A stretch of 53,137 bases of DNA, the filler included, from Sphacelaria rigidula (taxonomy: Eukaryota): NCBI GenBank assembly GCA_964200075.2. It is 4 parts of 4 records of this genome, joined end to end, with 100 filler letters (N's around TTAATTAATTAA, not from the genome) between each part and the next. Parts side by side here need not be neighbours in the genome. Positions count along the whole stretch, not along the records: positions 1 to 13,213 come from CAXNAA020003064.1; 3 more parts are not named here. One strand, given 5' to 3'. Shown here in pieces: positions 1 to 11,900 of this stretch; the stretch's first letter is position 1, and every line of letters starts with the position of its first letter. The notes under the pieces are model-generated. The model did no database searches. It had not been told where the DNA came from and worked only from the letters and a program-made list of their open reading frames with translations. Both the position numbers and the translations under genes were made by a program.

Positions 1-929
1 ACAAGGAGATTAGTATGGCCACCACGTTAGGGTTAAGACTCGAAAACAAAACAACTCCAGGCACCCTCATATACGACTGCAATGCAGAGAAAAAACAAAC
101 AGAAAAACTTTCAATTCTTTGTTCCGCCATTCGATTTTTTTGCACGTGTATTTTGCTCATTTCTTTTCATGATTTATTTGGTAAGAAATGATTGCAATCC
201 TGAAGATTCTGCTTGTTTTTTTTATTAAGCAGGGATCCAAGAAGGTGGCGGCCGGTGGCAGTGGTCCTCGCGATTCAAGAGGGTTTGCCGGCGGCGGCGC
301 CGGAAACGGCCGACAAAATGGCCAAGCAAAAAGCAGAGAGGACTTCAGTGGTAGCGGGGGACGGAGTAGTGGGAGGGGAGGGGGAAGTGAAAAAGTCAAG
401 GATGGGGATAGGAGGAGGGACGGGGGGGGCTCGTGGGGGAAAAGGGGTAGTGACCGGCGAAGATGAACGTGTGTTGGAAGGGGGATAAGGATTTTTGTTT
501 GGTTCCAGCTGTGTAGATGGCGGGAGTCTTCTTCCCATTCAAGAATATGGAGGCGGTATCTTGAAAGGTTATGTCTCAAGACGCGCCGCTCCTGGTGTCT
601 GGGTATGCTGAAACTTCCACGGGTGGGTGTTGAAGCCACAGGTCCGGTGGAGCAAGGCGCTCAGGGCGCTGTGAGGGTTGAACGACTGGTTATGAGCCTC
701 TCGCGATTTGATCGGAACAGTTTTTCAATTTCTAATGACACTTGTCGAGGGTACGATATCAAACCGGCCCGGACGCGACAAATCTTGTCAGCATAGTCGT
801 TCGACTACGCCCGCTTATCGGTCGACCCTCCCAGTGGCATACGTCACGAGCACGGTTCAGGCTTTCTTCATACATGTGCACACGTTCATCCGCGGTCTCG
901 CGCCAGACGCCGCCGTGATGTCGAGTCAG

Positions 930-2026
930 CGCGAACTACGTGTTCTGTCAAGGATCACTGTGAACCTTTCCGGAAGGGGGGCAACATTCCCTCACAGACA
1001 GCATCAGAGTTGAGGTAGGAGACATCACAACTGAAGGACCATCACGGCTGGGGTTATTTTTATCTTAGTCTACCCGAATCAAAGAAGGACTGTATTTTTA
1101 CCTTGACTCAGAGCCCAGAGGCAATGAAAGGGCCACTTGTGCATTTATTCATTATACTCTCATGTCTGCCAGGCGGAATTCTCGGAATAGGAAGCCTTGG
1201 ACACTCGACGAGTCAACTTCGAGTGTGCTTTGTGTGTTCATGTGTTCTGAGGAGCTACTTGACCCTTCTTGGAACTGAAGCTTACTAACAAGGGGTTCAC
1301 CATGTGTTCGTAAAATAATAATAAACAGATCTGAGAGCGCCTTGTCCAATCAGGGCGAGGCGAAATTTATCAACCGCATCAGAACGACCAGTGAGGGGAG
1401 GCTGTCGCCGGGAGTGATGTCACTTCAAAGTTGGTATGCCCTGTCCCTGGCCCACAAAGAAGCCTTCGAAGCAAAAGACACCCCAAGTTGTCCGGGCTCG
1501 GATTCCCGATTTGTTCATCATTTACTTGCATTTTATGTAGGCCCGACCTCCCATCCCCCGATTTTTTCTCGGGTCACCATCCAACAGTAAACCCCAGCTG
1601 ATAACCCTAACACGTAGTGCTCGGGGGAGATTCGGGATTAAGTGTACCCTACTATATATGTGGTCATGTTCACAAGGCGACTGAATCTGGCAACGCTGTG
1701 GGACGAGAGACCGAGCTAGAGGCGTGGGTTCTGCGTATCCCTCTGTCGAAGTGGTACAAGCGGCGGTGAGGTCGTATGTAATCGACGGTAACGAACTTGC
1801 TGTGTATAGGCAGCTGATCTCCGTCGCGGAGAACTGCCCAGAACATGTGAGGGGGCATGCAGCGGCAGCTGCTGCTGCATTTGCAAAGGCGTGCTGCACT
1901 GTACTGTATCTGCGGCACAACACCCGTGCCGTTCGAGGAGGATTTGCCGCTTGCAACAAAGGGAGAAATCGCGGCCCACCCCGACCACTAAGGGCTGTGC
2001 GGCAGGGTGATGGGGACAATATCTAA
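930..2026 (+). mobile_element. Possible decayed tyrosine-recombinase (Crypton/DIRS-like) coding relic
   Basis: Broken frames give colinear weak echoes of a YR domain: NLSGRG, LSLPESK, KGPLVHLF, AKFINRI...LSPGVMS, a frameshifted HFKVG, and LLAFYVGPT. Many stops and frameshifts; recognised by eye only. Confidence 0.25.
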
Positions 2027-2898
2027 GGCCACAAGTGGCAGGCGGCGGTTGCCACATCCTGTCGAAAGCTCTCCACCGCGACTCATACTGCTTGCTACAT
2101 CTATACATTACCTGATGCGCACAACACCCGAATTATAGTACAGACAGTTTGTACCTGCACCTGTAAATAGATTGGATGAAAATTTCGGTCTTCATCTAAC
2201 CCTGCCGTTACATACATACATTGGTTTTTAGCAACATGAAGCCACTATTTCATGCATATGCAGGACACGTCATTCCCTACCAGCCTCATTGGTCGTTCTG
2301 GAGGCCCAGTCCCAAAAGGGTTAAGCTGCCGATGTATGCAAGCCGATTTTCCACTCTGTTAAAGTAACGCTATAGCTCGCGTGGTCAAGGGGTAGGAGTT
2401 TCAGTCAATGAATCAACGCGTGATAACGGCCTTGTGTGAACCTTAACCCTTGAGCGACTCAAGAACAGCGTCCAACAGGTTGTCTTGTTACTGCCCGCTG
2501 CTGTCAAATATAGCAACTTACTCTGCTTTCACACATGAGACGAGAGCAACGACTACTCTCGAACCAAATGTGTTGAGAATAATTAATCTCATTCGCAACA
2601 CGTACGGTAGGCACTCGGGTGCCAACACCTCCAAAAGGCAGCCGGTGACACGACGAGACTACGGGAAAAGACTGCGTCCGTTCAATTTGTGCTTCCGTTA
2701 TTCCCAAATACACCACAAAACTAGCGGTATCAAACCGCCGAAGGAGTCACAAACGTGCCAAAGGCTACGGACTCAATCACGCATATCAGCCTTGAAAAGC
2801 GTTGGCCCGCTGACTGTAAAAATGAAAACTCAAAGCCACGACGTTGTGAAGGCAAATCTACGTCGATAACCAGAGTCCAAAAAGTCACCTCCGAACAT

Positions 2899-4668
2899 TC
2901 ACCGCCGCCTCTTTCTCGAGGAGGACGAGCCAACAGCCAGTGCCACACGCCGCTTTGGCGGCGGCGCAGCTTCCTCTTCCTCTGAACTACTTTCGCTTTC
3001 ATCGTCATCACTATCGTCACCATCGTCATCTTGCCCGTGGGAGCCACCACTGCCCCCCGCTTCCTGAATGCTGTGCCCCCCTTCCGCTTCTGTCTCGCTG
3101 CCATTGTATTCGTCTTCGCTATCTCCGTCCTCATCCTCGCTTTCTTCGTCGCTGCTACTATTGCTGCCACCAGCGCCACCGCCAACTTTCCCGTTGCTAC
3201 CACCCTCTGTAGCTCTCTGATCGCCCGTCCCATTCCCTGTGGCAATACTGCTGCCATTATTCCCCAAGGGGCGCGATTTATCTAAATGCTGCCCTTCTCG
3301 CCTGCCCTCGCCATCATCCTCGTCGCTACTGCTATCGTCCGCCTCGGCACCGCTCCTAACCTGGTCTGGCACAGCACCGCCGTGACTACCATTAATCACC
3401 GCCCTTTTGATATTTTCAACTCCCGCCTCTTGCTCCTCCTCTTCTGAGCTACTGTCTTCATCCATCTCGTATTCCTCACCGGATCCCCACCCGTCACCCT
3501 CACTTCCAGACCCACCATCACCACCATCATCCCCACCGCGGTTCTTGCTCCCTCTGGGTATGTTTTTCACATCACTGTTAGAAACCACGTTCACGTACCC
3601 TTCGTCATCAAACAGCACCGCATTAAGTCTCTGCTTCAGGTACACCTGATGAGTCTGTTGCGCCGTTTTGTAGTCGTACACCCGAGCCATCCGATCCAGC
3701 CCAACACACGCGAGGCATGGCAATGTTGGATGCAACGCCAGACCCCTGATCGAACCTCCGGGACCAGCGAACCGCCGACCCCAACGCATCTGGCGTAGAT
3801 CCAACACGCGCACAAGACCCGCCGTGTCGGCGACGACCACCTCGCGGCCGCCGGACGCGACGGTCATGGTAGTGATGCCATGTTCGTCCGCATCAACCGA
3901 TTGTGTCGGCCGTTTTTGCGCGCGGGTATCGTAGAGGCGCACTTGGCGGTGAGCCGTGCCGGCGATGATTTTACGCAGACCTTCCTCTGGCACCAACGAC
4001 CGCAGCGAGGATATCCACACGGGCTGCCGGAGGTCGAGAAAGTCGTGCGGCGCGTTCTTAGCTTTCCAGGTACACTCCTCGCTGGCAACGTCGTAGATTT
4101 TTAGATCGTTCTCTCGGCCACCCGCCGCAAGCGAAGCGGTGCCGCCGCCAGCCCCTGTCCCCAGCGCTATTGCGGCGCTGATCGGGCCGCGAATAGAGAA
4201 TGATTTTGAGTTGGCCGCACCGGCGCTGCTCGTACTGTCTGGCGGCGAGCAGATGACCTGCACTTGACCCTCCTTACTGCAGGTCAAAATACGTGCTGCC
4301 CCACCGCCGCTACCGGGAGTGGTGGGCATGGTTGCTGGAAGGCAGGCCATGGCAACCGGACCGGCGGGGGAGTCTACAGCTCGGCGAAGATTCAGCGAAC
4401 AGCCATCTCCGATGATTCCATCCCGCGTGAAGTGTGATGCTTCCCATTTCTCTACCCCCCCGGCCGTCCGGGTAATGTGGAAGCTCCGATAGTCCGTCTT
4501 ACTGGAGTACTGATCGCTACCCTCTGTACTACAGTTCGTGCTGCTGCGGCACAGGGTCTGGACTGCGCGTGCTCTGGTTTGCTCCCCAGAGCTCACCGCT
4601 AAACACTCACCGCTCTCCACTCGAACCACCTTCACGAGGCCCATTTCATCAGCGGTGATGATGCGCAT
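2899..4668 (-). CDS. WDR74: WD40 ribosome biogenesis protein WDR74/Nsa1, single exon, ~589 aa
   Basis: Uninterrupted ORF from ATG 4668 (MRIITADEMGLVKVV) to TGA. Family-typical motifs: GGRENDLKIYD, WKAKNAPHDFLDLRQPVWI, RLYDTRAQKRP, GLDRMARVYD, VYLKQRLNAVLF. Long acidic tail ending in basic RKRRR. Confidence 0.92.
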   Translation of the reverse strand: MRIITADEMGLVKVVRVESGECLAVSSGEQTRARAVQTLCRSSTNCSTEGSDQYSSKTDYRSFHITRTAGGVEKWEASHFTRDGIIGDGCSLNLRRAVDSPAGPVAMACLPATMPTTPGSGGGAARILTCSKEGQVQVICSPPDSTSSAGAANSKSFSIRGPISAAIALGTGAGGGTASLAAGGRENDLKIYDVASEECTWKAKNAPHDFLDLRQPVWISSLRSLVPEEGLRKIIAGTAHRQVRLYDTRAQKRPTQSVDADEHGITTMTVASGGREVVVADTAGLVRVLDLRQMRWGRRFAGPGGSIRGLALHPTLPCLACVGLDRMARVYDYKTAQQTHQVYLKQRLNAVLFDDEGYVNVVSNSDVKNIPRGSKNRGGDDGGDGGSGSEGDGWGSGEEYEMDEDSSSEEEEQEAGVENIKRAVINGSHGGAVPDQVRSGAEADDSSSDEDDGEGRREGQHLDKSRPLGNNGSSIATGNGTGDQRATEGGSNGKVGGGAGGSNSSSDEESEDEDGDSEDEYNGSETEAEGGHSIQEAGGSGGSHGQDDDGDDSDDDESESSSEEEEAAPPPKRRVALAVGSSSSRKRRR

Positions 4669-5072
4669 GATGTTAAGCGCCGCCACCACCCTAGATGCAG
4701 CGAACGGAAGGCGGGCGGGCTGCGGACGGGTGACCGCCCCCTGGATTTACATGACAAGTTCATGTGCGATACTGAATAAAACACGACAACTTTGTATGCG
4801 AACATCAGTTTAAAAGAGGCTACATCTCTTCACCAAAAGAAAAAAAATTTGCAAAAGTCAACCCGGGCACACATCCCAAAGTACGAACGACGCGACAACT
4901 GTTTCACCAAGGTTTGACACGTCGCAAGCTCACGAGGTACAGAAAAGCGTACAAGAGAAGGAAAGAGAGAAAGAGAGAAAGAGAGTCTCGGACGAAGGTA
5001 GAGGCAGAGGGCTGAATAAAATACTCCCGGATCGTCGCGCTGCACGAAAAAAAGGCCAGATAATACGGAAAC
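4669..5072. promoter_or_regulatory. Putative bidirectional promoter / 5' UTR region
   Basis: Only 404 bp separate the divergent ATGs of WDR74 (4668, -) and the F-box/LRR gene (5073, +). Contains a GA-rich tract. Confidence 0.55.
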
Positions 5073-6428
5073 ATGGCCTCGAAGAGGAAGCACAACTACT
5101 GCCGGCCGCGCACCAGAGCGATGACAAAGGCAGCGAGAAAAAATATACCTGCCCCGGCCGAGGCCGCCGTTCCTGCAACGAGTGCCAACGTCCACATACC
5201 CCATCACGTTATGCTCGAAGTGTTCTCCTTCTTGGAGCCGCGGGCGATCGTGCGCGCGCGTACCGTAGCACGGGCATTCGCTCGCGACGCACCAGCATTG
5301 GTTAGTTCTCTGCAATGCTCCGCGCTGCTGAGGTTCCCTCAGCCCACAGAGATGGATCTGTTTCCGCGCATGGAGAAAGTCGTGGTTCGAGGGGACAACA
5401 TAGTGGTGCAGCAGGCTGCGCCGGGGTTGGCCCGCTGTGGCTCCTTGCGTAGTCTGACTATAGCGTGCCACTTGCCGCAGCAGTCACCTCTTCCTGGCGA
5501 CGTGACGACAACGCTATTCGGACTGCAGCTGTCCGACCTAGACATTCAAAAAATCTGGATGGCCATACCGCCCGCCGTCAACATGACTGCCTGGCGCACG
5601 CTCCGCTCGCTGGTTCTCAGGGATGCAGGTCTCAGCGATGTGTCTCTGGTCAACATCGTCCGATCTCTGCCGTCTGGCGTCGCGCTGCCGCTGCAACACT
5701 TGGATTTATCTCGAAACCCACTAGGCGAAATGGAGGGCATGGGGCCACTCGCGGAGGCCTTGCATTCCTTCCCAGACTTGGATGTTTTGGAGCTAACAGC
5801 CAACCGGATCACGGACAGCGCCGCCCGCCGCCTCATCTCCACGTTGTTGAATGGCGCCTGCCCGCGTCTTACCCAGCTGGAACTCTCGTTGAACTTCCTT
5901 GGTGACGAATGTATGGACTTTCTTGCGAAAGGAGTGACTCGGGACGGCCACGGCTTGAGGGGACTACGGAAGTTGGGTATCGGTGGTCGATTCATGCCGT
6001 CACAGGGCGCAAAGAACTTTCAGTCTCTCTGCCGATCCATCGCGGCCGGGTGTCTCCCTGTCCTGTATTATTTCCACGTGCAGGGTGACTTGGCCCCCGC
6101 CTCGGTTGGACCTGTTCTGGGGGAACTGCGCTCGGGAGTGTGCCCTATGCTTCAGGTTGTCAAGGTGGAGCGGTCCACGCGATTTCCGGCTGATGACGAT
6201 GCTGGACAGGTGGAGGAGGCTATCTTAAACATGCGGGAGTTCGTCATTTCGAAGTCAAACACACCCTTCTTGGGGGAGTTGCACGTCCTGGGCATGAACC
6301 TGGGTAGGGGGCTCGAGACAGGGTGGGCGCCCGAGGAAGCCAGAACGTTCTACCGGGCTGCGAATATGTCCAGTTTCCATCGACTCGCGGCGGCGGGGGC
6401 CCAGAGAGGTGTGATGATTTTTGTCTAG
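5073..6428 (+). CDS. F-box-like plus ribonuclease-inhibitor-type LRR protein, single exon, 451 aa
   Basis: F-box-like IPHHVMLEVFSFLEPRAIVRARTVARAF. LRRs include LRSLVLRDAGLSD, LQHLDLSRNPLGE, LDVLELTANRITD and LTQLELSLNFLGD. Basic N-terminus SKRKH. Confidence 0.85.
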   Translation: MASKRKHNYCRPRTRAMTKAARKNIPAPAEAAVPATSANVHIPHHVMLEVFSFLEPRAIVRARTVARAFARDAPALVSSLQCSALLRFPQPTEMDLFPRMEKVVVRGDNIVVQQAAPGLARCGSLRSLTIACHLPQQSPLPGDVTTTLFGLQLSDLDIQKIWMAIPPAVNMTAWRTLRSLVLRDAGLSDVSLVNIVRSLPSGVALPLQHLDLSRNPLGEMEGMGPLAEALHSFPDLDVLELTANRITDSAARRLISTLLNGACPRLTQLELSLNFLGDECMDFLAKGVTRDGHGLRGLRKLGIGGRFMPSQGAKNFQSLCRSIAAGCLPVLYYFHVQGDLAPASVGPVLGELRSGVCPMLQVVKVERSTRFPADDDAGQVEEAILNMREFVISKSNTPFLGELHVLGMNLGRGLETGWAPEEARTFYRAANMSSFHRLAAAGAQRGVMIFV

Positions 6429-8269
6429 ACTTGGTCGAAGGGATTTTGCGCGGCCTCGTTAGCGAGCCTTAATTAATCAGTTCCCTGTTGCAGAGAGAAG
6501 GAGAAGAAACGAAAAAAGACCCGGTCATCGGAGGTGTTTTTTTTCTATACATATACAACGATCACATCAGATCATATCATTATTGTATGTACGCATGTTG
6601 TTGCAAATATTCCCCTCTTGTGTTTGCTGCACCGGTTGGGTGTACAGGTGATGCGGTTGCTTTTGGGGACGGGTTGGAGGGAAGGTTCAGGCTCAGACGA
6701 GTTACCCCCGTCTACCTTTAGTTTTTGTCACTGCTACGTTGCTGGCTTGGCTACTTTCGTTGCTTGCGGTACAGCACCACAGACAGTACATACAGTCGGT
6801 ACTATCAGGTATAGTCCTCACGTCTAGTATAGTACCATGTTATTATGGCCTTTGCGGCATTGCTGAACCAACGGCGGGGTTTTTTGCATGTTTTCATGAC
6901 GGTTGTCTTACCGGGCGTGCTGTCTATATTCGAGTTTTGGCCTCCTTCTCCACTGGAGTAGAGGGGAACACTGCCAACCTCATCAGCGCCCGCACAAAAG
7001 ACACGTGAGCGTATCTCTCATTTTTCCACTGAAAGTGATGCCGATTACACAGAAACGGACGACCCTGGCCAGTTGACGGGTCATCTGTTTTGATCGCGGC
7101 AGCGTGTGGGTCGAATTGGCATCATTTTCACCTTGAAAATGACGGGAAGGCACACCCAGATGACCCGACCGGGGCTGTCAAAAGAGTTGAAACTTGCAGA
7201 TTATTCCCACGTTTTTGTGTATATTCTGGACCGCAGCATTTTAATTAAAAAATAGGCTATTTTTGCCCACCGCTGTGCCAATTTCTGTTGAATCGTGTGC
7301 GTGTGTGGGAATAGTGTTGATTTCTGTTGATCGTCATCACGACTGCCAGGCTTAGTTATGGGGTTGGTTGGTGGATAATCGTGCGTTTCTCCTAATAATG
7401 TCGTTGCTCCGTTTACCGCAACTACTATGACCGTGTGCGGGTGGGTGGACGTGCGTGTGTCCCGTTACTACGATTTTGGGTTCTTCCCCTTCGTCGTGTG
7501 GGCGGGTTGCGGAACGGTGGGGAGAAAAAACACCTGGGTGTACACTCGTGTTAATTTACGGCGTTTAACGATCTACACTTCGGGGTGGGGGCGCGCGCAT
7601 GATGTAAATGGTCTCTAACAGGCCAATTTTCTTTTTCTTTTTTGCATGTGTGTGTGTCGTCGTCCCATCTATTCTGGACATGTGGGTGGAGTTATTCGAG
7701 CACATGCTCCATACAAAACACGGGTGCACAAGGTACCCACGGGTACTGACTGTACGGGTGTGGGTAGGATTCATGTAGGGCATTACATTGTTTCTTGTTT
7801 TCGTGCAGTTCTGTACAATACAGTTGGGAAGGGATCTCTTTTGTGTCTGGTGCGTGGTGTGAGGTTGTGTGTCGGCATGTACCGCATGTTTCATGGGGCG
7901 CTACCCGCCGCCAGATTCAACCGCTGGGCTGAAGGCATCAATCACGTACGAGTACAGTATCTAGATTTTTCTCAAAGTGCAGTATTCAAAATTCTACAAA
8001 AAACAGCCTTGGCATTACAGGTGTACATTAGCGGAAGTGGGCAAATTGTGTTGAGTCTTGTGCTGTCTTGATTGTGACGATTGTGACGTTAATTTAGGTG
8101 CGGAAGTTAGGGGATGAGGGGCTGGCTCCACGTTCTGTGCGCAACCCTATGTCGAGTTGTTCCCCCCTACCTCCTCTCTGCCTGAGCAATTAATGCTGTG
8201 TAAACAGTAGACAGCTCCACTGACTCCGTGGTTCTCCTCGATTGCTTGTTTCCAGAGACCAGGGAGGGT

Positions 8270-8442
8270 GAGGGGGGGCGTATTCAGTTGAAGTTGGGGT
8301 GTGGAGGGAGGGAGTGGGCAAAGGCGGGGGGGGGGGGGGGGGGGGGGGGGGGATACGAAAATATGTAGGGGGGGGGGGGGGGGGGACCTCCGGAAGAATG
8401 GGGGGAAAGGGAAAAAAAGGGGGATGNNNNNNNNGGGTGGTA

Positions 8443-8512
<70 letters not shown>

Positions 8513-8520
8513 TACGAATA
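8270..8520. repeat. Poly-G low-complexity tract with 8-N gap
   Basis: Long G runs around Ns at 8427-8434. ATACGAA(A/T)ATATGTAG occurs on both sides, which suggests a local assembly problem. Confidence 0.8.
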
Positions 8521-8609
8521 TATGTAGAGTGGGTAGAGTGGTGTACCTCCGATAGATTCGGGGACAAGCGAAATCAGCGGGACTGCGACTGATTTTTATT
8601 TGTTAGAAG

Positions 8610-9125
8610 TGAGATTGTGATGTGATAATAATGATGTGAAGTGAATCCGTGATCTTTTTGAAAGAGTCGCTATCATCGTGCGCTCACTTTTGATTTTTTG
8701 GGTGCTGATTCGTCCCGTCTGCTGTGGCGGCCAAAGAATCTTACCTCCGCGACGCAATTTCGCGACTCTGCACCGTCGATCGTCTGGTGAAGACTTTCGT
8801 CAGATGCTCGTCGAGCAGCATCTGTTCTTTCGGCTTTGTGCGCCACTCAATTGACCACATTTTGCTCTCGGAACATGTATTTTTTCGTCATTGCGGTTTT
8901 TTTTCTTTCTCTTCCCGAAACTGCCCGTCCTACCTTTTTCCCCGCCACCGTGCCCCCACCATATATGATGCGGGCCAATTTTCTCGGTCGCCGCGTGCCG
9001 CTCTAGATTCCTATTCTTTTTATAGATATCGCTGCGGCTTCGCCTGACATGGTCCTCTCTTGCGGTGGGTGAACTCGAACGCCATCCGTGCTTCTGTCGA
9101 CTTCCTTTGTCCTTCGGCCAGGTTG
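8610..9125 (-). mobile_element. Probable tRNA-derived SINE (degenerate)
   Basis: Minus-strand head has A-box-like TGGCCGAAGG and B-box-like GTTCGAGTTC. The 3' end runs into a simple ATCAC-type repeat tail near 8610-8645. Confidence 0.4.
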
Positions 9126-10487
9126 TGTCTCGTGACTGTACGAACGATCCATGTAGTATGTCAGCTCGCAACTGCACTCACTCAGACACGCCCTCACTCC
9201 ACGCAACTTCCTTTCCTTCGAAACATTTTTATCCCCTCGGGTCTGACTCCGTTGTCAAAATCGACGTTGGAATAATGCCGCGATAGCCCCCTAGCCCAAA
9301 ACGGCAGTTGTGATGACCACTTGGTCGATCATCACCTTCCCGGAATTTCATTACTTGATTCGAGTGTGAACACCGATATTCGGATCTTTAGCGAGGCTGA
9401 CAGCCCCAACTGCCCCTCGCGAGTGCACAACGCGTTTTCATCAAAATCGGCGCCTGCGGGGCATGTTGAGGTCTGCCAGCGCCACACTTTGCATATCACG
9501 GTATCAATCGTTGCCCAAACTCGCTCGATCGCTCGAGACAATGTTGTTTTCCACCGGCGTCGCTGCTCTTCACGCCATTATTTATGTCAACTGTATGTAA
9601 TGCGAACGGCTCCTAGGCTTCTACTTATAATGATAGTACGGGGTGCGAAAAAATCGTCCATCTTGAAACTAACGATGGGTCACATGCACACAGACCCTAT
9701 ACTAGCATAATAAGTGGAAGCCTAACGGCTCCACGCAAAATATCCGCGTTTTTTTTTATTTATTTTTGTGGCGGATTCGACATGTTCTCCCTGTTGTAGC
9801 TTGCTTGTGACTCGCGAACCATTTGTCATGTTCCAGGCGTATTTTCCGGGGGTGGTGGATTATCATCCAGGTACCACTCCCAGTTCGGCGATACCTTTCT
9901 GGACTCTAGCCCGGCCCGCATGGATGCCATGCATGCTCTATATGATGTTGCTGCTTGTTTTGAACGGTGCAAAGTCTTTCTCGTCATGAATCCGAGGCAA
10001 CGGGCGATCGCTACAGGTTGGTCAATGGGCCCTCCTGTCAAAACCTGAAGTTCTTGTTCCGAAATAATGGGAGAGGGGGGTTGGTTATCTCAAGGTCTAC
10101 GCCGAGGCCAAGCCGAAAAAAAACACGTATACCAAAGCGTCCGTTTAATCAACCGACTCACCCCCCAGGCCCCGAGTTAGACGTCACGTGGACGGGCTCA
10201 GGGGGGTGATGTGGAATAGTTTCCGGTCGAGACGCAGGGCCCACCGAGAAAGCCCGTTGCCACTCATGTATGTCGTTCAATGATTTTTCGCACATGAGCT
10301 ATGGCTAGCAGTTTTTGATTGATTGATTGATTGTCGCTCTTTAACTGACTACCCAGGGGTCCAGCCGTGGTCTCATGGACATACCCAAGAAACAGTATAT
10401 AGCTTTTTCCGCAAGGCGACGTGACATTCCTCTCAGGATCCGTGACCCCCCGCGAAAACAGCCGATAGTTTCAGGAACAAATACGTA

Positions 10488-11900
10488 CAGGGGGGGTCAC
10501 GGTTTATGAGAGCTCAGTTTAAGATAATTGCCGGTTTGACCCTTACACCCCGAGATTAGTCTTTCTGGATCGTGCTACTTTTTTTTCACTTGAAATTGAT
10601 CCCGATTCAACAGAAGACTAACCTCGCGGTCTAAGGGTTAAGAGAGGTCGAAAAAGCTTGGCACACCACTCTCTTAAACCGGACCCATTCTCTTAAACGG
10701 AACTCTCTTTTCTCTTGTACCGGATCCACCCCCAAACCCCCCGCTCTTTTACTGTACAGTAGTGTAGTTGGTAACCTCGAAACCTTCTGACGGTTGGTCG
10801 TGGGTTCAAATTTCGGAGTGATGTGGGATTTCCTCACACCATGCCCAACAGTGGAGAGAGACTATGTCGTGGGTACACAAAATTCGACGTAACGGTCGAC
10901 GTGGGAAAGGGACTGCTGAACCCCTCTCGCGATGAAAAATATAAGGTAAGCAACGCAGAAGGAAGGTGGGGTAGTAAAAAAAATAAAAAAATAAAAAGCT
11001 ACTGTGTTGACCTTCCTCCTGTGTGACTCCGTCTGGTGCGCACACATCAGTAGACTTCACCATTTGGTTGACGGCGTCCAGAATAGAGGGGACGACAACA
11101 CACATACACAAACTGTAGCCCGAAAAACAACATCTCAGTACGTCCAGCAGTTTTAACACACAAACAGCTTCAAGGTCCACCGGCTGCGAGCGTGATGCCT
11201 TGCGCGGCGGGTATTACATTGTACAGCAGTATCACTGCAGAGAGGTATAACATGGCGGAGGTGTTATACCATCTTCGTAAGACCAAGCTGGCCTGGATGA
11301 ACAAGATTGGGTCAAGGAAAACGAAACAAACTTGCATGGTAGACTTCATGTAGCGTTGCAGAAGCTGCCGATGAGCGCATGTCAAATGTCTACGGCTGGG
11401 TAGGACGAGTGTAGGTACTTGAGTTTCACTGGTGGTGAGAGAATCACTTTTACAGCAGTGCAGAGTACGGTACAGTATGTGTGGTTTTCTGTCTTTTTGT
11501 CTTATTTTGTCGTTTCCTTCCGAGATGTGACGTGTGTGTGGCGTGCATGTGTTGGGTTGGCCGCTCTGTTCAGGTGATGTGGGGATAACTTCGATAACGC
11601 AGAATATATCGATTTCTTCACAACACGGGGCGATCGTGCTGGATGTGGGTCCCATAGCGCACATAAAAATTGTGTAGACGATATGAAATGCTCTTCCAAC
11701 ACTTTGATTCGGCACCACGGCACAAGCGGTCCTTCAAGGACTGTCCATAACCCATATATTCGGTTTAAGCGAGGTTTTCTTTTGAACCGACCGTTCGGTT
11801 CAGGAGAAAACCTCGCTTAAACCGATTTAGTAGAAGGTTGGGTTCAATAGAGTTTTTTTTTTATCTGCCACACCCCTCTCTTAAACCGTGACCCCCACTG
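10488..11900. mobile_element. Tc1/mariner(pogo)-like defective DNA transposon
   Basis: 25-bp TIRs: CAGGGGGGGTCACGGTTTATGAGAG (10488) and CTCTCTTAAACCGTGACCCCCACTG (ending 11900). TA on the left flank; the right flank is TT. Internal copies of the CTCTTAAAC(C)G motif. Confidence 0.7.
10755..10998 (+). mobile_element. tRNA-derived SINE nested in the DNA transposon
   Basis: A-box TAGTGTAGTTGG and B-box GGTTCAAAT at tRNA-like spacing, ~160-bp body, A-rich tail AAAAAAAATAAAAAAATAAAAA. Related to the element at 16400-16676. Confidence 0.65.

Noticed and set aside
159..177. 19-bp match ATTTCTTTTCATGATTTAT with 53036-53054, suggesting terminal repeats of a giant element
   Set aside because: The copies are on different contigs and the match is short and AT-rich. 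It is at most a shared dispersed repeat.
8190..8592. Pro-rich or Gly-rich ORFs (also 12834-13269)
   Set aside because: Products of homopolymer runs next to gaps.
10755..10825. Functional tRNA gene (also 16600-16676 and 9050-9125)
   Set aside because: A/B boxes are present but there is no convincing cloverleaf or acceptor stem, and they are followed by SINE-like bodies.
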